DNA of 64,000 nucleotides, from contig NC_091283.1 of assembly GCF_032444005.1 (NCBI RefSeq), positions 54,002,001-54,066,000 on the forward strand, read 5' to 3'. Numbering within the stretch: the first letter of the stretch is position 1; every line of letters starts with the position of its first letter. Both the position numbers and the translations under genes were made by a program. Positions 57,047 to 64,000 of this stretch are shown one piece after another. A model generated the notes under the pieces. That model did not search any database and had not been told where the DNA came from. It saw only the letters and a program-made list of their open reading frames with translations. This DNA comes from Ranitomeya imitator (Eukaryota).

Positions 57047-59115
57047 CAGTGGGTGAAATAAGTATTGGTTACGTCACCAATTTTACAAGTAAATATATTT
57101 CTAAAGGTGCTATTGTCATGAAATTCTCCCCAGATGTCAGCAACATCCAATCCACACAGGTAAAGAAAAATCAAACAATAGATGTCCATAAATTAATGTG
57201 TAATAATGAGAAATGACACATGGAAAGAGTATTATTGATCATGCTTACCAAGTCATATTTAATACTTCTTACTGAAACGCCTTTGTTGGTGATGACAGCT
57301 TCAAGTCACAGCCTCTACGGAGAAACTAGTCGCAGGCATTGCTCAGGTGTGATTTTAACCCATTCTTCCACACAAACACTCTTCACATACAGAATGTCCT
57401 GTGGGCTCCTATGATCTCAACTTTAGTTCCTTCCATACATTTTCTATTGGATTCAGCTCAGTGATTGGCTCGGCCATTCTAGCAGCTTCATTCTCTGAAA
57501 CTAATTGAGAGTTTCCTTGGCCGTGGGTTTGGGATCATCGTCTTGCTGAAATGACCACCCTCCTTTTATCTTCATCATCCTGGTAGATGTAAGCAGATGT
57601 TTTTCAATGTCTCGGTACATTTGTCCATATATCCTACCTTCAATCACATGAAGTTTTCCAGTGCCGTATGCTGAAAAGCAGCCCACACCATGATGTTTTC
57701 ACCGATAAACTTCACTGTTGGTAATCAGTATGGTATTTTGGGGGTGGCACGCGGTGCCTTTTAGCCTCCACACAGAGTGTATTATGGCATCTAAAGAGTT
57801 TAATTTTGGCCTCATCTAACCGGACTATATTCTCCCAGTATTTCACAGGCTTGTCTAAAGTTCTCTCTTGAACATGCTTTTTGTACTGCAGCGGAGTCAT
57901 GTGTGGGGAGCGCGTGTACAGGCCAGGGAGGTTGACTGCATTACTTATTGTTTTAAAGGGAACCTGTCACCCCGAAAATCGCGGGTGAGGTAAGCCCACC
58001 GGCATCAGGGGCTTATCTACAGCATTCTGTAATGCTGTAGATAAGCCCCCGATGTTACCTGAAAGAGGAGAAAAAGACGTTATATTATACTCACCCAGGG
58101 GCGGTCAGGTCGGATGGGCGTCTCTGGTCCGCTCCGGCGCCTCCCATCTTCATTACAAGACATCCTCTTCTGATCTTCAGCCACAGCTCCGGCGCAGGCG
58201 TACTTTGCTCTGCCCTGCTGAGGGCAGAGGATAGTACTGCAGTGCGCAGGCGCCGGGCCTCTGACCTTTCCGGCGCCTGCGCACTGCAGTACTTTGTCTG
58301 CCCTCAACAGGGCAGAGCAAAGTACGCCTGCGCCGGAGCCGTGGCTGAAGATCAGAAGAGGACGTCTTGTAATGAAGATGGGAGGCGCCGCAGCGGACCA
58401 GAGACGCCCATCCGACCTGACCGGCAGCGGGACCGCCCCCGGGTGAGTATAATCTAACGTCTTTTTCTCCTCTTTCAGGTAACATCGGGGGCTTATCTAC
58501 AGCATTACAGAATGCATTACAGAATGCTGTAGATAAGCCCCTGATGCCGGTGGGCTTACCTCACCCGCGATTTTCGGGGTGAAAGGTTCCCTTTAATAAA
58601 CAATCATACTTGCGGATTCCAGGTCTTTTTTCCCCCTCTGTCTGAAATCTTGTAGTGAGCACCTGATTGTGGCAAAATGATGTTTTGTCCACTTTCAGAT
58701 TATGTCCCCAACAGTGCTCACTGGAACCTTCAACAGTTTAGAAATTTTTCTGTAACCAATACCAATCAGTATTTTTTACCACAACAATAAGGTTGCAAAT
58801 GTCTTGAGACCGCTCATTGGTTTTACACATCACTAGAGGTTTCTTGAGCAGCACCTTGGTAATGAGACACCTATTTACAGGCCATCAGTTGAACCACAGG
58901 TGATATCTCTAACAAAGTGGCAGGATGCTTTCTAATCATAGATAAATTGCAGCTGGTGTCATGGCCTTTTGCTCCTCTCCACGTGTTCAATACTTTTCCC
59001 GTGTCATTTCTCATTATTACACAACTTAATCTCTGGTGATTTCTTTGCCTGCGTGGCTTGGAACCAACATCTGGTGAGAATTTCATATCAATAGCACCTT
59101 TACAAATATATTTGC
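57047..59115 (-). mobile_element. Decayed Tc1-family transposon with long TIRs and transposase fragments
   Basis: CAGTGGGTGAAATAAGTATT end; TIR body AAATATATTTCTAAAGGTGCTATTG mirrored at ~59060-59112; fragments LDKPVKYWENIVRLDEAKIKLF and [14 protein letters not shown]; frameshifts and deletions. Confidence 0.85.
57957..58592. mobile_element. Fully palindromic T2/Kolobok MITE nested in the Tc1 element
   Basis: TTAA TSD at 57953-57956 and 58593-58596; AGGGAACCTGTCA termini; halves are near-perfect reverse complements about ~58274. Confidence 0.92.
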
Positions 59116-59204
59116 TTCTGTGTTTATTACTTCACCGCTGTGTATAAAGTTAGTTACAGGTGTCAGAAATGGCGGCAAACTAGTCCTGTTTGTAGAGGGT
59201 TTGC

Positions 59205-60036
59205 ACAGCAGTTTGGCCGGATTGCGCAGCAGTTTTGCCCGGATTGCATTCCGCCAGGTCGCTCAGCAGTTTTCGCCGGTTTGCTCAGCATTCCGCCAGG
59301 TCGCTCAGCATTCCGCCAGGTCGCTCAGCATTCCGCCAGGTCGCTCAGCATTCCGCCAGGTCGCTCAGCATTCCGCCAGGTCGCTCAGCATTCCGCCAGG
59401 TCGCTCAGCATTCCGCCAGGTCGCTCAGCATTCCGCCAGGTCGCTCAGCATTCCGCCAGGTCGCTCAGCAGTTTTGGCCGCTTTGCTCAGCATTCCGCCA
59501 GGTCGCTCAGCAGTTTTGGCCGCTTTGCTCAGCATTCCGCCAGGTCGCGCAGCAGTTTTGGCCGCTTTGCTCAGCATTCCGCCAGGTCGCTCAGCAGTTT
59601 TGGCCGCTTTGCTCAGCATTCCGCCAGATTGCGCAGCAGTTTTGGCCGCTTTGCTCAGCATTCCGCCAGGTCGCTCAGCAGTTTTGGCCGCTTTGCTCAG
59701 CATTCCGCCAGGTCGCTCAGCAGTTTTGGCCGCTTTGCTCAGCATTCCGCCAGGTCGCTCAGCAGTTTTGGCCGCTTTGCTCAGCATTCCGCCAGGTCGC
59801 TCAGCAGTTTTGGCCGCTTTGCTCAGCATTCCGCCAGGTCGCTCAGCAGTTTTGGCCGCTTTGCTCAGCATTTCGCCAGGTCGCTCAGCAGTTTTGGCCA
59901 CTTTGCTCAGCATTCCGCCAGATTGCGCAGCAGTTTTGGCCGCTTTGCTCAGCATTCCGCCAGGTCGCGCAGCAGTTTTGGCCGCTTTGCTCAGCATTCC
60001 GCCAGATTGTGCAGCAGTTTTGGCCGCTTTGCTCAG
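59205..60036. repeat. GC/CpG-rich compound minisatellite: 20-bp units then 42-bp units, in the first SNRPA coding intron
   Basis: CATTCCGCCAGGTCGCTCAG x~9 (59289-59470), then that unit plus CAGTTTTGGCCGCTTTGCTCAG x~13. Confidence 0.97.
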
Positions 60037-60067
60037 GCCGGTTTTACCATGGCTGATCCTCACTCAC

Positions 60068-60140
60068 CGTCCTTCTTGATCTTCTCGTTCAGGTTGTTGA
60101 TGTAGATGGTGTTGTTGGGTCTCATCTCCTGGACGGCCAT
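60068..60140 (-). CDS. SNRPA: SNRPA first coding exon (73 nt); whole CDS 849 nt = 282 aa U1A
   Basis: MAVQEMRPNNTIYINNLNEKIKKD, donor G|GTGAGT; acceptor TTTCTTTTCAG at 60152 implies an upstream non-coding exon. Not present in the supplied ORF track. Confidence 0.97.
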
Positions 60141-60289
60141 GTCTGAGGAAACTGAAAAGAAACAGAGGAGGTGAAACACAAAAGGAAAGTCCCAGCGGTC
60201 ACACTGCACCCATCATACTGTGATTCCAGCTGTGGAGCGTCCCCCACCCAGGCCGCACCTGTATACAGACACCGGGGATCTCCTCACGG

Positions 60290-60400
60290 TTACCCGCCAA
60301 CACCGAACACGCTGCCGCCAGGCCGCACTACTACAGGACTCAGCGACAGCGATATCCCTCCGCCTGGCCACACCCACCGTGTAACACTACGGCGCCTCTG
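60290..60400 (-). other. SNRPA: Probable non-coding SNRPA exon 1 (boundaries approximate)
   Basis: GC/CpG-rich segment; candidate donors GG|GTAACC (60293) or CC|GTGAGG (60287). Confidence 0.5.
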
Positions 60401-61120
60401 ATTGGTCAGCACATCACGCCTTTTACGTGCGCTCGTCGCCTACGTTCGTCACGTGATTAATCTCCACCAATAATACTCCACAAACAGCGAAGTGCCAATC
60501 ATATGCCGCAGCCACGAGCAGTCTGTGCTTAGACCGTGACTATCATTTCATTCATTTTTTATTGTTTCTGTTATCCGTCATTCACTGCTTTATGGCGCAC
60601 AGGTGTTTTCATGACGTCCTCGCTAGGAGGCTTAGCAAAAAATGCTTGTAAAGCGCAGCCAATCGGATTTCACGTTTCATTATACAGCCTTATCTTTATA
60701 AGTGAAAGATGTAATCTGATTGGTTGCTGTTTATAACCCTGCACTGTTAGCCAATCAGATTTCATTTTCTAATACAGCCTGCACATGTGTAAGAAGCTGT
60801 AATGTGATTGGTTGCTATTCGCAAACTACTCCGTTGTAGTGTGTACTGTAGCCAATCATAGTTCAGCTTTCATTTTCTAACCCACCCTGGAACAGTAAAA
60901 GCTTTAATGTGATTGGTTGCTATTAGCAACCTCTCAGTTTTAATGTGCAGACAACTGTAAACACCTTCTGGCCATTGGATTGGACACGGATACATTGATC
61001 TTTGAACTAATAGTTTCTACAAAATATTTGGGAAAAGTGAAGTAGTTACCATAACAACCCAATAGGTTGCAGCTATTATATGTGAACAAAATTGGGGCAA
61101 ACTGGTTGCTATGGGTAACG
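60395..61120. promoter_or_regulatory. Probable SNRPA/ACTMAP bidirectional promoter
   Basis: At least 13 CCAAT/ATTGG pentamers, GTCACGTGAT E-box (60448), TGACGTC (60612), RFX X-box-like palindromes at 60916, 61045 and 61105. Confidence 0.7.
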
Positions 61121-61801
61121 AGTTATATATATAAAAAAAATCACAGGTTTTCTGTAAGTACTGACCTGTGAACCAGTAAGATCTGACACTGGGGGACATT
61201 TTTGTATTAAATGCATGTATTTGGGGCATTTTTACAATTACCTTTCATTGAAAACGTTGCACCGTTTGGTTTTTACAGGCTCCTTGTTTCCTGCTCATTG
61301 CAGAATGAGTTATCTGAGAATCTATCAGCGAGCTCGTTCTCACAGGAGAGCTTCTATTGCTGCTTTCACACATTGCAGTCATGATACAGTTTTCCACTGT
61401 AAATCCTATAAAAAAAAAAAACATTCTCTTTGCAGCAAATTTTGAAAGTCAATGGCAAAACTCATTTTGTAAAATAAAAACAACTAAGTGTCTTCTGCGT
61501 GCTCGAATAATATGTCCGAGTCCCCGCGGCTGTTCCACGGCCACAACACACACAGGAATTGTCTAACAAACAGGCGATCCCTGCATGTGTTGCTGCTGTC
61601 TGACAGCCATGAGACATGTGGGCGCGGGGACATATTATTCCAGCACGAGGCCTAAGCCTGAGTGGGCAATGGCTGCACAAGTCTAGGGGTCAGCGCCATA
61701 GTCCTCTATAATCGTGCAGTCACTGGCCACAGTCTGCAGCACGTTATCTGCCGCATGTGGCTGCCCGGCCTGACCCCAGCTTTTACAGCAAGAGTAAAAT
61801 G

Positions 61802-63353
61802 CACTGCTTAAAAAAATAAGGTGAACACTAAAATCCCACATTCTAGATATCTCTGAATGAAATATTCCTGTTGTAAATCTTTATTCATTACATAGTGGAA
61901 TGTGTCCAGAACAATCAAACATAACAATTATCAATGAAAATCACAACTAATATCCCACGGAGGTCTGGAGTTGGAATGATGCTCAAAATCAAAGTAGAAA
62001 ATCAATTTACAGGCTGATCCAACTTCAATGGAAATGCCTCATGACAAGGAAATGATGCTCAGTAGTGTGTGTGGCCTCCACGTGCCTGTATGACCTCCCT
62101 GCAAAGCCTGGGCATGCTCCTGGTGAGGTGGCGGATGGTCTCCTGAGGGATCTCCTCCCAGACCTGGACTAAAGCATCCGCCAACTCCTGGATAGTCTGT
62201 GGTCTTGGTGGTTGGTGCGAGACATGATGTCCCAGATGTGTTCAATCGGATTCAGGTCTGGGGAACGGTCGGGCCAGTCCATAGCTTCAATGCCTTCATC
62301 TTGCAGGAACTGCTGACACACTCCAGCCACATGAGATCTGGCATTGTCCTGCATTAGGAGGAACCCAGGGCCAACCGCACCAGCATATGGTCTCACAAGG
62401 GGTCTGAGGATCTCATCTCAGTACCTAATGGCAGTCAGGCTACCTCTGGCGAGCACATGGAGGGCTGTGCGGCCCTCCAAAGAAATGGCACCCCACACCA
62501 TTACTGACCCACTGCCAAACCGGTCATGCTGAAGGATGTTGCAGGCAGCAGATCGCTCTCCACGGCGTCTCCAGACTCTGTCACATGTGCTCAGTGTGAA
62601 CCTGCTTTCATCTGTGAAGAGCACAGGGCGCCAGTGGTGAAATTGCCAATCCTGGTGTTCTGTGGCAAATGCCAAGTGTCCTGCACGGTGTTGGGCTGTG
62701 AGCACAACCCCCATCTGTGGACGTCGGGCCCTCAGACCATCCTCATGGAGTCGGTTTCTAACCGTTTCTGCAGAGACATGCACATTTGTGGCCTGCTGGA
62801 GGTCATTTTGCAGAGCTCTGGCAGTGCTCCTCCTGTTCCTCCTTGCACAAAGGCTGAGGTAGCGGTCCTGCTGCTGGGTTGTTGCCCTCCTACTGCCCCC
62901 TCCACATCTCCTGGTGTCCTGGCCTGTCTCCTGGTAGCGCCTCCAGTCTGGACACTATGCTGACAGACACAGCAAACCTTCTTGCCACAGCTTGCATTGA
63001 TGTGCCATCCTGGATGAGCTGCACTACCTGAGCCACTTGTGTGGGTTGTAGAGTCCGTCTCATGCTACCACAAGTGTGAAAGAACAACCAACATTCAAAA
63101 GTGACCAAAACAGCCAGAAAGCATTGGTACTGAGATGTGGTCTGTGGTCCCCACCTGCAGAACCACTCCTTTATTGAGGGTGTATTGATAATTGCCAATA
63201 ATTTCCATCTGTTGTCTATTCCATTTTCACTACAGCATGTTGAATTGATTGTCAATCAGTGTTGCTTTCTAAGTGGACAGTTTGATTTCACAGAAGTTTG
63301 ATTTACTTGGAGTTATATTCTGTTAAGTGCTCCCTTTATTTTTTTGAGCAGTG
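61802..63353 (-). mobile_element. Near full-length Tc1 (DD34E) transposon with frameshifted transposase
   Basis: TIR CACTGCT(C/T)AAAAAAATAA.G.G.ACACT at both ends; TA on the right, TG on the left; HTH fragment [12 protein letters not shown]..., VLFTDESRF, and QDNARSH...SPDLNPIE with 34 residues between D and E. Confidence 0.95.
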
Positions 63354-63561
63354 TATATACCATTTCTACATATGATGGTCCTGATTCTACCCTGATCTCA
63401 GCATTACTGTATACGGGGGTTTATAGCGCTCAGCAAATCATTTGGCTGGCAATCTATTGTTCACGACCTGTAATAATTCTCTATTTAAGAGTTTATCACC
63501 TGAAACTGGACCCAGTTCTCTTCCATAATCTAATGATATTCCTGATATCTCTTTAGCACTC

Positions 63562-63890
63562 ATGTCAGAGGAGGATGGCGCAGCCTGCACAGACGTTATT
63601 CATGTGCCTCCACCATTGGCACCACCACCCCAGGCACCTCCACCACCACTGGCACCACCACCCCAGGCACCTCCACCACCACTGGCACCACCACCCCAGG
63701 CACCTCCACCACCACTGGCACCACCACCCCAGGCACCTCCACCACCACTGGCTCCACCACCACCAGTCCTTTTCCCTTTTCCTCCACCTCAGGTGAAATG
63801 CAAGTTCTATAAGAAGGTGGCAGAGAACAGCGACCCATCAGTTGAAGGATGCAAAGAGTTAAAACGACTGATCAAGATTCAGCAGGAACG
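63562..63890 (+). CDS. ACTMAP: ACTMAP/C19orf54 (actin maturation protease), first coding exon
   Basis: Acceptor CTCTTTAG|CACTCATG; proline-rich N-terminus then FYKKVAENSDPSVEGCKELKRLIKIQQER (human ...VPKGREDVKRLLKLHKDR, from memory); donor CG|GTGAGT; head-to-head with SNRPA as in human. Confidence 0.8.
63607..63764 (+). repeat. Coding 33-bp tandem repeat, (PPPPLAPPPQA)n
   Basis: CCTCCACCACCACTGGCACCACCACCCCAGGCA, ~4.7 near-identical copies. Confidence 0.95.
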
Positions 63891-64000
63891 GTGAGTGATT
63901 TCGGGTGCGATTTTCGGAGGCAGTGATCATGCAACTTTTCCTTTTTGCTCGTTCAAAGAGGCGACATGAGAGAATTAACCGACGGCTTCTCCTCACAGAG

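Noticed and set aside
59120-60105. 212-321 aa repeat ORFs (SIPPGRSAVLAALL etc.)
   Set aside because: They are translations of the 20/42-bp intronic minisatellite, open on both strands.
61802-63353. Active Tc1 transposase
   Set aside because: The coding region is split across at least three frames and the left TA is mutated; it is a fossil.

Overview
Vertebrate genomic DNA, almost certainly an anuran (frog). This is inferred from the protein sequences and from the T2/Kolobok, Harbinger, piggyBac-like, Tc1 and V-SINE repeats. The first ~30.25 kb is one tandem array of a 71-bp unit (~425 copies). Its + strand has no stop triplets, which explains every giant ORF in the track. Minisatellites and a 155-N assembly gap follow. 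The rest holds a syntenic gene block reconstructed exon by exon from GT-AG signals. On the minus strand: a 3-exon RhoU/RhoV-family GTPase (243 aa), MIA (4 exons, 128 aa) and SNRPA/U1A (6 coding exons, 282 aa) with an intact autoregulatory PIE element in its 3' UTR. On the plus strand, head-to-head with SNRPA: the first coding exon of ACTMAP/C19orf54. Best leads: (1) a probable extra RhoU/V ohnolog at a position where the human SNRPA-MIA-RAB4B block has no Rho gene; (2) a U1A PIE whose two boxes appear swapped relative to human; (3) tandem inverted pairs of hammerhead-ribozyme-like motifs just upstream of MIA; (4) the site-restricted variant code and higher-order duplications of the satellite; (5) a coding 33-bp polyproline VNTR in ACTMAP; (6) a CCAAT/X-box-dense, partly repeat-derived bidirectional promoter. 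No database search or folding program was run; homology calls come from recognition of the translated sequence.
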